Made by a program: the position numbers and the translations under genes. This document shows, in pieces, positions 10,097-19,115 of a stretch of DNA of 64,000 bases (the stretch's first letter is position 1; the number at the start of each line of letters is the position of its first letter). Where the stretch lies: IMG/VR virus record IMGVR_UViG_3300048927_000531. One strand, given 5' to 3'. This DNA comes from an uncultured virus (IMG/VR IMGVR_UViG_3300048927_000531) (Duplodnaviria > Heunggongvirae > Uroviricota > Caudoviricetes). The notes below the pieces were generated by a model. The model was not told where the DNA came from and searched no databases. It was given only the letters and a program-made list of their open reading frames with translations.

Positions 10097-11209
10097 TCAG
10101 AGCTCCGCGTCCGCTGCCCACTGCCAACGAACATTGGTGTTGTTGGTGGTGATGGCGACGGTAGTGAGGAAGAACCCGGATTGCCCAGGAGTGTTTACCC
10201 CAGCCACGTAGTCGCCAGCCGGTGCCTCACTCCGTACTTGTCCCGCGGCACCAGTCGCAGGGCTGTATACCGTAACGGCGGGTATTCCGCGCATACGGGT
10301 TGCAAAGCGCGATGTCATACCGACTGCACGACCACTGTTCGGGTCGCCGTAGAAGAAGAACGTGTCCTGCCCGGCCGTAGCATTGGCTGTGCCCGGCACA
10401 ACATTCAGGTCGTAGCTCTTCTGGAAATACCGCTGGCACCGTTCCACTTCATCTGCCATGGGGACATGTTCAAACGCAGTGGCCTTTGAACCCCGCTCCA
10501 ACTGGGCTTCGCTGAACTCAAACAATCCCGTCTGACCGGAGAGCTGACCGCCGTGCCCGCTCCCGCTGAAGTCGATCACCAGATACAGATGGTCGTTCCC
10601 GCTGGACCCGAACGTCTTGCCTGCCGCGCTGGGTACGTCGAACGTCACGCTGTGCGGTTCGAAGGCGCCCCCTAGAGTCACCACCCCGACCTCGGTGACT
10701 ACCTGTCCCGACGGTGAGCCACCGGTGCCGAAGTCCTGGATGATCCGGATCCCCACTTTGCGCCCCGCAGGTGTCGAACGCATCAGGAAGGAGAAGGTGG
10801 CCTTGTCGCCATGGATCGTGAGGACGCCTTCAATCTTCTGACCAATCCAGGCCGAGGCGCCCGCTACGACGTTGTACCCGAGGAAGAATCGACTATTGCG
10901 AAGCGTACCTGCAGGGGCCCCACCAATACCCCAGTTGCAGGTCACTCCACCTAGGCATCCGATCTTCCACCTGTCCGGCCCAAACACTTCCGTGTTGTTG
11001 AGTGTGCCGAAATTGCCCCGCTGTAGAACGCGCATGTTGCCGTTAATCAGCAGATTCTTTGCCGGAATGCGAGCGTCGATGACACCGCCACTCCCCAAAA
11101 CGGCGTACAACTCTCCGAAGTTCTCATTAGTCTTCGTGAAGGCAATCTTGGCAATGTCGCCGACCCAACCAGGGTTTTGAGTGTCGGTATCAATGATCTG
11201 TCGTGCCAT
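10097..11209 (-). CDS. Side tail fibre/spike with carbohydrate-binding-like domain
   Basis: GD...AFTKTNENFGELY anchor motif; NLLINGNM..QRG..DRW and QLERGSKATAFE...CQRYF motifs. Confidence 0.7.
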   Translation of the reverse strand: MARQIIDTDTQNPGWVGDIAKIAFTKTNENFGELYAVLGSGGVIDARIPAKNLLINGNMRVLQRGNFGTLNNTEVFGPDRWKIGCLGGVTCNWGIGGAPAGTLRNSRFFLGYNVVAGASAWIGQKIEGVLTIHGDKATFSFLMRSTPAGRKVGIRIIQDFGTGGSPSGQVVTEVGVVTLGGAFEPHSVTFDVPSAAGKTFGSSGNDHLYLVIDFSGSGHGGQLSGQTGLFEFSEAQLERGSKATAFEHVPMADEVERCQRYFQKSYDLNVVPGTANATAGQDTFFFYGDPNSGRAVGMTSRFATRMRGIPAVTVYSPATGAAGQVRSEAPAGDYVAGVNTPGQSGFFLTTVAITTNNTNVRWQWAADAEL

Positions 11210-11218
11210 GGCCTTTCC

Positions 11219-11566
11219 TTACGGCTGGAACGTCTGTTCAAAGGTGCAGCTGATCCGCAGATAGCCCTCAAGTTCGTCCACGGCACTCAGCTTCGTACAG
11301 CGGAAGAGCCCTTGCGACTCGTCTGGTGGCGTCCAGAGAAAGGACTCACCTTGGCGCCGCCGGAGACGCAGGAATGCCTTTGCCGCACCCATCTGGTCCA
11401 GTTCTCGGTGGCCCCAGAGCTCGAGGTTCCATACCTGCTTCTCATTGTTGATGCCGTCGGGCGCTTCCTGTGAATAGCCATCCCCGAACGCGACTGCGCG
11501 GGTGACAGCCTCGTATTCCACGCTCGGCGGCGCGCTATACACACACCAGACGAAGGTCTCTTTCAT
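11219..11566 (-). CDS. Minor tail protein M
   Basis: FGDGYSQ..PDGIN, FLWTPP, TFEQTF. Confidence 0.9.
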   Translation of the reverse strand: MKETFVWCVYSAPPSVEYEAVTRAVAFGDGYSQEAPDGINNEKQVWNLELWGHRELDQMGAAKAFLRLRRRQGESFLWTPPDESQGLFRCTKLSAVDELEGYLRISCTFEQTFQP

Positions 11567-14322
11567 GCTCGAATTCCCGCCCCGTAGAGGAGCCCACCAG
11601 GCCGTAGGTTCTTGACCGCCCACTCGTTGATCGCGCCGGTGAAGCTGTCTCGGATCTGCTTGTCGGTGACCTCGGGTTGGTCGCTTTCCTGCTCGGTAGC
11701 GTTGATGGTCAGGTTTCCCTGGATGGTCAGCCCACCAGCGCGCCCAGGGCCCGCCGCAGGAGTGGCGACGGCGCCGCCGGTGTCGTACCCCTTCAGGCCC
11801 TTGCGCATTGCTTCGACCACGTCGACGCCACCGGCGCGCGCGACGTCCTTCTGTGACCACACCACCTCGCCCTTGTGCACGACGCCTGCTGGCTCGCTCA
11901 CGCCGCCATCGCCCGTGTAGCCACCGGTGGAATAGCCGCCGCCCAACTTCATGTTCTGGAACAGCTGGTTGTTGATGCTGCTGGTGCCGGCGTTGACGGC
12001 CTGATTGCCAGCGGCAGAGACGCCACCGCCACCCCAGGCGCTGGCCACCGCGTTCACGATGCCCATGATGGCCTGGCGTGCTGCGATCCTGGCCAGATCA
12101 GCAAGGATGGCCTTCGTCATGTCAGAGAAGCTGGCTTTGCCCGTCGTCGTGAACTGCACCCAGGCATCTTCGAAACTTCCGATGACGGTGTTGACGACGC
12201 CTCCCATCTGCTGAGCGGCGTTGCCAGCCTGCTGCTGGTAATTCGCCCATGCAGCGCTGGCACCGGCCAACCAGTTGCCCTCGGCCTGCCGCAGCTCTTC
12301 ATATCCGTTCTTGATGATCTGCAGCCGATCAAGTGTCTTGGCGTGGAGCAATGCCCGCTCTTCTTCGAACGTCACCTGGTCAATCTGGTCCGCGTTCCGC
12401 TGCAGGCTCAGCTCCCGAAGTTTTTCCGCCTCATCGGCGATTGCCTCGTTGATACGCTGCTGTACTTCGTACTCGCGATCACCCATCCCCACACGCTGGG
12501 CTTGGGTCGTCAGCTGCCGCTGTAACGCTTCGTTGCTGGCATCCAGAGCGCTGGCGTAGGCTTTGACCGCGTTCTCACGCGCCTTTGCTGCCGATTCTTC
12601 CTCCTTCTTCAGCACTTCCAGCGCACTGGCGCCCTCAATTCGCAGCTTTGCCAACCGGGCCTCGAGCTCACCAATCTGCCGGTTTACGTTGATGGCATCC
12701 TTGCCGCTGACGCCTTGCTTCTGCAGGAACTCGATCTGTTGCTGGAGCGACCGGGACTGTGCATCGGTACTCTGCTGCTGAAGATCACGCATGCGGCTGT
12801 AGTACTCGGCGGCGGTGATCTCACGGGCGGAATATTGGGCCCTCAGCATCTGGGTCCCGGCAGTGATCTGTGCCTGTTCGGCTACCAAGTCGTCCTTGTA
12901 TCCCTGCAGTCCCGCTGACCTTGATGCTGTCCAGGTGCCTGCGGTCGGCTTTTCGCGGTACTTCTTTTCAATGGCCGCGACTGCGGCGGCACGACGCTGT
13001 TCGATTTCCTCGACCTCTTGGACGAGCCCAGAAGCCTGGGCCTTTCGCCGTGCTGCCGCAGCTTCGCCATTGATCCGCTCGACTTCCTGCCGCTTCTTCG
13101 ATTCCTTACTGGCCTGCGCATCGATGATGGCGTCCATCTCGGAGACGAACTCGGTGGATGCGGTTTGCGCAGCTTTGACCTCTGCATCTTTTCGCTCTTT
13201 GATCAGATCAGCGGCCAAAACTTTGATCTTCTCCGAGCGCTCCTTGATGGACTTCTCCATCGCTGCCAACGCGATGGGATTCCTGGCCAAGGGCAGTCCC
13301 CGCTGATTTCCCGACGCCAGATCGTTCAGCTTCGCCAGCTCTCGCTGGTTCTCCGCGACCAACTGCTGCATCTGCGCCGCAGCTGGGCCGAGGCCGACGT
13401 TGGCCTGCATCGCAGACCACGCCTTCGTCGCCTCGGCCCACAGGTCCTTGAAGCCGCGGATCACCGGATTCTGGCTTGCACGGACCCGGGCAAGCGCCAT
13501 GACGGTCTCATCGGCCGCCGCACGGGTGATCACCGTTACAGCATCCTGGTTGCGGCCCTGCTCCTGCAGCGCTTTGACCTGCTCGTAGAGAGCAACGGTC
13601 ATGAAGTTGACCTGCTCGTTGAGCTTCTGGGAGTTCTTGATCGGATCCTCAGCAAGCTTCCCATACAGGGCGACCGTATCCTCGATCGCTTGCCCGGTGA
13701 CTTCCTTCATCGCAACTGCCGCGGCAGCCACTGCCTGCATGTTCTGCGCAGCAATCCGGCCATTCGCACCAACGGCCTGGGCCACCTCGGCACCGGCACC
13801 GGCAGTGACGTTGAGCGCATCGCTGGTCCGTTGCGCGAGCGACACCAGGGTGAGGGTCGTGGCGGCGGCCTCATTGCGCGACAGCACCAACGCCTTCGTG
13901 TAAGCCTGGGCCTGTTGCTCAGCGTCATACCAGGCGTAAACCAGCAGCCCAACAGCGGCGGCCGACACCGTCACCGGGGTGACCATTCCCAGCACCGCGG
14001 ACGACACTCCCTTCAATGCTGGCTCGACACCGCCGAAGCTGTCCTTGATCTGCCCGCCCTGCTGCACCAGCACCGTGAAGAAGGGCATGCCGCCCTGCAG
14101 GCTGGTGAAGATGTCGGTGAACTGGGCCGGCAGCTGACGCATGGCCTGCGCCGTCTGGCCCGCAGACACACCGAGGTCGGTTATGCCGTTCTTCGCCGGC
14201 AATGGCCTGGCCGCTTCGCTGCGCACTTCGCGCAATTGACGGGTGAGCACGCCCAGTCCCTGCCTGATGTCGGCCAGGTCCGCACTGATGCGAACACGGA
14301 GATTCGCTGAAGGCTCAGCCAT
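11563..14322 (-). CDS. Tail tape measure protein (lambda H-like)
   Basis: 919 aa Ala-rich helical; QLPAQFTDI...QQGGQIKD; GGYTGDGG..EPAGVVHKGE. Confidence 0.93.
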   Translation of the reverse strand: MAEPSANLRVRISADLADIRQGLGVLTRQLREVRSEAARPLPAKNGITDLGVSAGQTAQAMRQLPAQFTDIFTSLQGGMPFFTVLVQQGGQIKDSFGGVEPALKGVSSAVLGMVTPVTVSAAAVGLLVYAWYDAEQQAQAYTKALVLSRNEAAATTLTLVSLAQRTSDALNVTAGAGAEVAQAVGANGRIAAQNMQAVAAAAVAMKEVTGQAIEDTVALYGKLAEDPIKNSQKLNEQVNFMTVALYEQVKALQEQGRNQDAVTVITRAAADETVMALARVRASQNPVIRGFKDLWAEATKAWSAMQANVGLGPAAAQMQQLVAENQRELAKLNDLASGNQRGLPLARNPIALAAMEKSIKERSEKIKVLAADLIKERKDAEVKAAQTASTEFVSEMDAIIDAQASKESKKRQEVERINGEAAAARRKAQASGLVQEVEEIEQRRAAAVAAIEKKYREKPTAGTWTASRSAGLQGYKDDLVAEQAQITAGTQMLRAQYSAREITAAEYYSRMRDLQQQSTDAQSRSLQQQIEFLQKQGVSGKDAINVNRQIGELEARLAKLRIEGASALEVLKKEEESAAKARENAVKAYASALDASNEALQRQLTTQAQRVGMGDREYEVQQRINEAIADEAEKLRELSLQRNADQIDQVTFEEERALLHAKTLDRLQIIKNGYEELRQAEGNWLAGASAAWANYQQQAGNAAQQMGGVVNTVIGSFEDAWVQFTTTGKASFSDMTKAILADLARIAARQAIMGIVNAVASAWGGGGVSAAGNQAVNAGTSSINNQLFQNMKLGGGYSTGGYTGDGGVSEPAGVVHKGEVVWSQKDVARAGGVDVVEAMRKGLKGYDTGGAVATPAAGPGRAGGLTIQGNLTINATEQESDQPEVTDKQIRDSFTGAINEWAVKNLRPGGLLYGAGIRA

Positions 14323-14961
14323 GGGTCATCTTCCCTTGTGTCTGCCCCACGGGGGCGTGGCCACGCAGTGCGGCCAGATACATCTGCCAATCGGCTGCTG
14401 GTGCAGCCATAGCCATGCGGGTGGCCACAGCGAACTCGGCGATGCGATCGCGGTCGTCTTGGGCGGCGGCTGCGGTGAAGGCCCGCAGCTGCGCCAAGGT
14501 GTATGTCAGGACGTCGCGCCGAGAATGCCCGTGCGCGATCAGGTACTGGACTAGGTCGGGGAGGCCGTACTCTCTGCCGCCGACGGCTTGGCCATCAACA
14601 GCAGGCGCTGCAGCCGGCGGGCAAAAAAATCCCGGTTCAATCCCACAACGGCCTCCAGCAGATCGGCCACTTCGTCCAAGGTGCCGGCGGCGATCCAGCC
14701 TGCTTCCCTGTCGAGTGCCACAGCCAGGGCAGCAGCGATCTCTGCGCCGTCCTGCTCGAGCAGATCGAGCATGATTGCGCCGATGGCGGCCGGCTCCGCC
14801 GCCTCGACCGCGCCGGCCATCATCGCCACTCGGGCGATGATGGTGCGGCTGGCGGTGATGAACGGGCCAACCTGCTGCAGCCGCAGCGGTCCCACCACCA
14901 GCATCTCGCCACGGAAGGTAACCGTACGGGTCGGCGGGGTAATGACGTCTTCGTCGGTCAC
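14315..14961 (-). CDS. Tail assembly chaperones G (14551-14961) and G-T via -1 frameshift at 14623-14629
   Basis: In-frame T TTT TTT slippery heptamer; the -1 frame is open to the stop at 14315 that overlaps the tape measure start. Confidence 0.85.
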
Positions 14962-14964
14962 GGC

Positions 14965-15717
14965 TTACTTCTCCTGCTGCCAGGCGAAGTAGGCGGATTT
15001 GTCCGGGCCCGTTGCCTTGGACGAGTCCTTCAGCAGAGCGCCCGGAACGCTGCCAGCACCGAATTCGTTGCCGATCAGGCCCATGCTCTCGATGACGCCA
15101 CCGGTGACCTTGTGCGCCACCAAGCGCACCAGCTTGCCGCCACGCGCCTCGTTGGCGCCGTAGAACTGCATTTCGTAAAAGGCCTGTGCGGTCACAGCCG
15201 CTTCCACATACCCCAGATCACCGTGTTGATACGTCACATGGATGTTGGCTGCACCTCCGACGGAAGCCGGGATCGTCGAGTCTGCCGGGATGAACAGCAT
15301 GCCGCGCTCGAATCGGAAGTCCTTGCCCTCTTCGAACTCGGTGGTGCCGGCGATGTTCTCCACCGTGGTGATGCTGCTGGCAAGGTGCTGCAGGGGCACG
15401 AACGAGCCCTTTACCGCGACGGCAGGTTCGTCGGCCACGCTTGCTGCGGCGATGGAGCTGGCCTTGCCGCGCGTGGCACGGGCAAAGTTCTCCGGATTGA
15501 AGTCGTGGAAGGTGTAATTGAGGTTGTAGCCGGTCACGCGATCGACACGGTTCGCCGTGCCGCCACCTGGGTTCTGGTAGTCGGCCAGTTCGATGGTGTT
15601 GGTCTGCGGCGCGACGGTGAACGCGGACACGTTACCCACTTCGAGGAACGGTTCGTTGCTGCCCCACTTGCGGATCAGGACGATGCCGCTGCCCAGGTAG
15701 CTGTAGTCTTCGGCCAT
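14965..15717 (-). CDS. Major tail tube protein
   Basis: Position before the chaperone; YSYLGSG...LEVGNVS motif. Confidence 0.8.
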   Translation of the reverse strand: MAEDYSYLGSGIVLIRKWGSNEPFLEVGNVSAFTVAPQTNTIELADYQNPGGGTANRVDRVTGYNLNYTFHDFNPENFARATRGKASSIAAASVADEPAVAVKGSFVPLQHLASSITTVENIAGTTEFEEGKDFRFERGMLFIPADSTIPASVGGAANIHVTYQHGDLGYVEAAVTAQAFYEMQFYGANEARGGKLVRLVAHKVTGGVIESMGLIGNEFGAGSVPGALLKDSSKATGPDKSAYFAWQQEK

Positions 15718-15753
15718 GATGGCTCTCCAGTTGGGTTGCCGCTGAGCGGCGGG

Positions 15754-16209
15754 TCATTTCTTGGGGATGTGGGTCTGGTAGGTAATCAGGACGCCGACCC
15801 AGCCGGCGCTGGCCTTGTCCGGCATCAGCGGTTCCATGCCGACGTAGACCGGCACCTGGATGCCATCGGGGAAGTTGCGCGCTGTCTCGCGGCTGTCCAT
15901 GGCCGCCTCGACGTCGGTGACCAGGTCGTCCAGCTTCCGCTGGTAGCCATCCGTGTCGGCGGGGACCTTGGCGATGACGCTCACTGTGGTCAGCCGATGC
16001 GTGTTGACCTTTGACGGCGTCTCCGCCCGCTGCTGTTTCTCGATGACAGCAGTCAGCACCGCCTGGGTGTCCTGGTCGCCCGGGGCGGGCTCGAGCGTCC
16101 AGCCGGCGCCGGCATCGGTCAGGTAGCCGTTCTCTGTGCTGATCAGCTGCAGCGTTTTGCCCATCGCCAGCAACAGCTGGCGACGTGGGCTGGAAATGGC
16201 ATCAGGCAC
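15754..16209 (-). CDS. Tail terminator-like protein (gpU-like)
   Basis: ISTENGYLTDAG motif; GTG start overlapping upstream stop; synteny. Confidence 0.65.
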   Translation of the reverse strand: MPDAISSPRRQLLLAMGKTLQLISTENGYLTDAGAGWTLEPAPGDQDTQAVLTAVIEKQQRAETPSKVNTHRLTTVSVIAKVPADTDGYQRKLDDLVTDVEAAMDSRETARNFPDGIQVPVYVGMEPLMPDKASAGWVGVLITYQTHIPKK

Positions 16210-16534
16210 TGGCCACCTCCCACACCGCCGTCGACTCATCGGCACGGATCTTCTGAACCAGCTTCAGCCGACGACCGGTGCCATCAATGCGCACCACGCC
16301 GCCAGTTCGCGGGGCAACCTCGGCCAGCTGCAGGGTGATCCGATCAATGCTGGTGGCGATCGGTGCCACGTCGTCCGCTGTGAACTGCTCAACGGCCTCG
16401 TCCAGCATCACCGTGCACGGCACCTCCGCATCTGCGCCCGGGGCCAGATAGTGAGCGGCGTCGGCCACGCCGGCCGCACGGAAGGCACCGAACGCGACTG
16501 CGTCGAAGGCCTGCATGAATGCTTTCTGGTTCAA
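16202..16534 (-). CDS. Head-tail joining / head closure protein
   Basis: 110 aa; synteny; coupled to neighbours. Confidence 0.6.
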   Translation of the reverse strand: MNQKAFMQAFDAVAFGAFRAAGVADAAHYLAPGADAEVPCTVMLDEAVEQFTADDVAPIATSIDRITLQLAEVAPRTGGVVRIDGTGRRLKLVQKIRADESTAVWEVASA

Positions 16535-17289
16535 GGCAAGGGCCTCGCGGTTTCCATGGCCTTCTCCAGCTCACGCTTCAGGAAGAACGGCATTAGCCGC
16601 TTCCAGGTGTCCTCGGCCATGCCGAAGATGTCGTAGCGCGGGCTGTAGCCGGCTGTGTTAGTGAAGATGAAGATCGAGCGGACACCGGAGCCGCGGCCGA
16701 TGCGCTCGTAGATGCCAGGCCGCAGTGCGCCGCGTCGCCTGGTGATCACGAAGTACTCGCCGTCCCGGTTGCCCTTTCGACGACGCCGACGCTGTTTGCT
16801 TACGTCGGTTTGGTTCTGGTAGCGGTCCCGCTGCGCCCCCAGCTGGGACAGGATCTTCGTCACCTGCCCGGCCGGCACGTTGCCGAACTGGTTGGCCTGG
16901 GCGCCCCGCCCCATCACTGCGAACTGGGTCGGTGACAGCAGACCTCGGCTCTGCAGCAGCCGCTCGAATCCTTTCCGGCGACGTTGGCCACCCTCGACTT
17001 CTGCCAGCAGGTACTTCGCTGGCGGCGTGCCCTTGAAGGCTTCGTCGCGGATGTAGATCTCGGCATACGGCTGGGCCTTGGTGGCCTTCCGGTACATCGC
17101 CGCATTCGTGGTCAGCGGCGTGGGGCGATCGAACACGCGGGGCGCTTGCCGCTTCCACCGTTCGCGGATCTCGTAGGCCACCTTGTTGGCGGCCTGCGAG
17201 GCGGCGAACGGCAACTGCGACTGCTCAAGCTCCGTGAGTTGTCTCCCGAACACGTTGTCGGGGTCCACCCCGATTCTGATCTGGGCCAT
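16531..17289 (-). CDS. Neck/tail completion protein (gpZ-like), Arg-rich
   Basis: QLPFAA...VFDRPTP, YL..EVEGGQR..KGFE motif of phage morphogenesis proteins. Confidence 0.6.
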   Translation of the reverse strand: MAQIRIGVDPDNVFGRQLTELEQSQLPFAASQAANKVAYEIRERWKRQAPRVFDRPTPLTTNAAMYRKATKAQPYAEIYIRDEAFKGTPPAKYLLAEVEGGQRRRKGFERLLQSRGLLSPTQFAVMGRGAQANQFGNVPAGQVTKILSQLGAQRDRYQNQTDVSKQRRRRRKGNRDGEYFVITRRRGALRPGIYERIGRGSGVRSIFIFTNTAGYSPRYDIFGMAEDTWKRLMPFFLKRELEKAMETARPLP

Positions 17290-17334
17290 ACACCCTCCTG
17301 CCCGGCCCGCCGCAGCGGGCCAGGCACTGCCGGC

Positions 17335-18339
17335 TTACTTCGCGCCGGCCTTCAGGCGGATCACCGCGTCCGGTCGGGTGTTGATGTTCAGCGGGTTCGA
17401 CTGGCTTTCCAGTTCGATGCCCTTGTCCATGCGCAGCTTGGCGGTCTTGCTGTAGTACGGCAGGCCGACACCGCGCACGGTTTCCAGGTAGTCCGCCGGA
17501 GCGAAGCGGGTCAGGAACATGTCCGGTACACCCAGCGGGAACGCGATCGCTTCGCCATCGGGAATGGCCAGCTTGCCGCCCGTGCTGCCCGGCAGCTCTT
17601 CGAACACGACGTCGCCGAAGACGAAACCCTTGCGCAGATCCGTGCGCAGCGCGGCGCCGTCCTGCCAACGCTTGTAGGCCTCTTCGACGTCCGGGTGATC
17701 CACCAGTGAATCGAAGAAGCCAGCGCTGCACAGCACATGGACGCCGGTGTACGGCACACCGCCGAGCTTTTCCTCGATCGCGCGCTTGATCGATACCGCC
17801 TTGGTGCGGACTTTGGTGTCCGGCTTATTCAGCTCCATGCCGATGATGATCTGCTTCACATCGAACTCGTCGTAGAAATCCACGATCAGCGAGCCATCGG
17901 CGTCCAGCAGTTTGCCCTGCAGCGCACCCAGGCGGTGGTACTCGATGGTGTAGTCCAGATCGCGCTTGTGCAGCGCCTGCAGACGGTTGACAACGGCTGC
18001 GACGTTGTTGCCTTCCGGGTCATTGACCGGGTCCCAAACGCCAAGCAGCTGGTCTGCCATGACGGTGGAGCGCTGCGGAAGGTGGGTGGTTTCCAGCAGC
18101 TTCACCTTGCCGCGGTCCAGACCCTTGGGCTGACCCGGCGCGCCACGCGGCACGTTGGGCACCAGCACCAGCTTGTTTTTATCGATGCCGATCTTCACGA
18201 TCGTGGTGCCGACGAGGCCTTCTTCCTGGAACAGGCGCATATCGCCCAAGCGAGTGACGATGCGCGGCAGGTTGTTGATGTAGGCGTTGAGGGCGTCGAA
18301 GCCCAGCACGCCCAGCGCCAGAAGGGTTTGCAGATCCAT
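17335..18339 (-). CDS. Major capsid protein (lambda E family)
   Basis: TIEYHRLGALQG, FAPADY.ETV..GLPYY, QSNPL..TRP motifs. Confidence 0.92.
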   Translation of the reverse strand: MDLQTLLALGVLGFDALNAYINNLPRIVTRLGDMRLFQEEGLVGTTIVKIGIDKNKLVLVPNVPRGAPGQPKGLDRGKVKLLETTHLPQRSTVMADQLLGVWDPVNDPEGNNVAAVVNRLQALHKRDLDYTIEYHRLGALQGKLLDADGSLIVDFYDEFDVKQIIIGMELNKPDTKVRTKAVSIKRAIEEKLGGVPYTGVHVLCSAGFFDSLVDHPDVEEAYKRWQDGAALRTDLRKGFVFGDVVFEELPGSTGGKLAIPDGEAIAFPLGVPDMFLTRFAPADYLETVRGVGLPYYSKTAKLRMDKGIELESQSNPLNINTRPDAVIRLKAGAK

Positions 18340-18367
18340 GGTGATTTCTCTCTCGGAATGGGATACG

Positions 18368-18391
18368 AAAAGGCCCCGCCGAAGCGGGGCC
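18368..18391 (-). terminator. Intrinsic terminator-like hairpin between decoration and capsid genes
   Basis: GGCCCCGC-TTCG-GCGGGGCC followed by TTTT on minus strand. Confidence 0.6.
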
Positions 18392-18426
18392 AAGGGTCAA
18401 TGGGTGAAAGAGGCTCTGCTCGGCTA

Positions 18427-19113
18427 TCAGCCGCCGGCAGCTTCGATGGTGATGGTGTCGCTGACGGCTTCGTCCAGGTCGGTGGCGGTCACCTTGAGGG
18501 TGTAGTCACCGGCGGCGCTCAGCGTCGCGGCTTCCCAGGTGATGACGCCGCCCACGGCTGCCTTCGCACCGCCGCCTGCGAGGTTGCCGGTGCCGCTGGC
18601 CTTGGCCAGGGTGGCGCTGACGGTGCTGCCGGTGACCAAGGCGCCGAATACATCCTTGACGTGCGCCACGATCGGGCCCAGCGCAACACCGGCGGTGCCG
18701 GTCAGTGGTGCGGACACGAACACCAGGTGATCGGCGGCGTTCGACGCAATCGGCTGCTGGGTCCAGCGTGTGACGATGCCGGACTCGGCCAGGCTCAACG
18801 CGGCCAGGAGCTTCTGATCGGCGGTGACGCCGCTGGCCCACACCAACTTTTCGCCGAACACTTCGGCGTCGCGCGCGATCGCCGCGCCCTTGACGGCCAA
18901 CGCCGCAGATTCGGTACCGGTGTCGACCGGGCCGTAAAGCACCTTCACTGCGTCGGTGCCGTTGGCAGCGACGGTGTTGTCTGCCTTGAGCAGGGTGCCA
19001 GCGGACAGCATGCCCTGCCCGGCCGGCAGACGGATCAGTTCGCGGCTGCGCTCGCCGCCCGCTTCGGACAGCAGGAATTCGCCGGTACGGGTGCCGGCCA
19101 AGGAAATTTCCAT
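18427..19113 (-). CDS. Head decoration protein D with C-terminal Ig-like extension
   Basis: EFLLSEAGGERSRE...VLYG...ARDAEV decoration motif plus ~105 aa beta-rich tail ending GDYTLKVTA. Confidence 0.8.
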   Translation of the reverse strand: MEISLAGTRTGEFLLSEAGGERSRELIRLPAGQGMLSAGTLLKADNTVAANGTDAVKVLYGPVDTGTESAALAVKGAAIARDAEVFGEKLVWASGVTADQKLLAALSLAESGIVTRWTQQPIASNAADHLVFVSAPLTGTAGVALGPIVAHVKDVFGALVTGSTVSATLAKASGTGNLAGGGAKAAVGGVITWEAATLSAAGDYTLKVTATDLDEAVSDTITIEAAGG

Positions 19114-19115
19114 CG

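Noticed and set aside
2855..11209. Diversity-generating retroelement or invertible tail-fibre switch
   Set aside because: No reverse transcriptase, TR/VR pair or invertase seen
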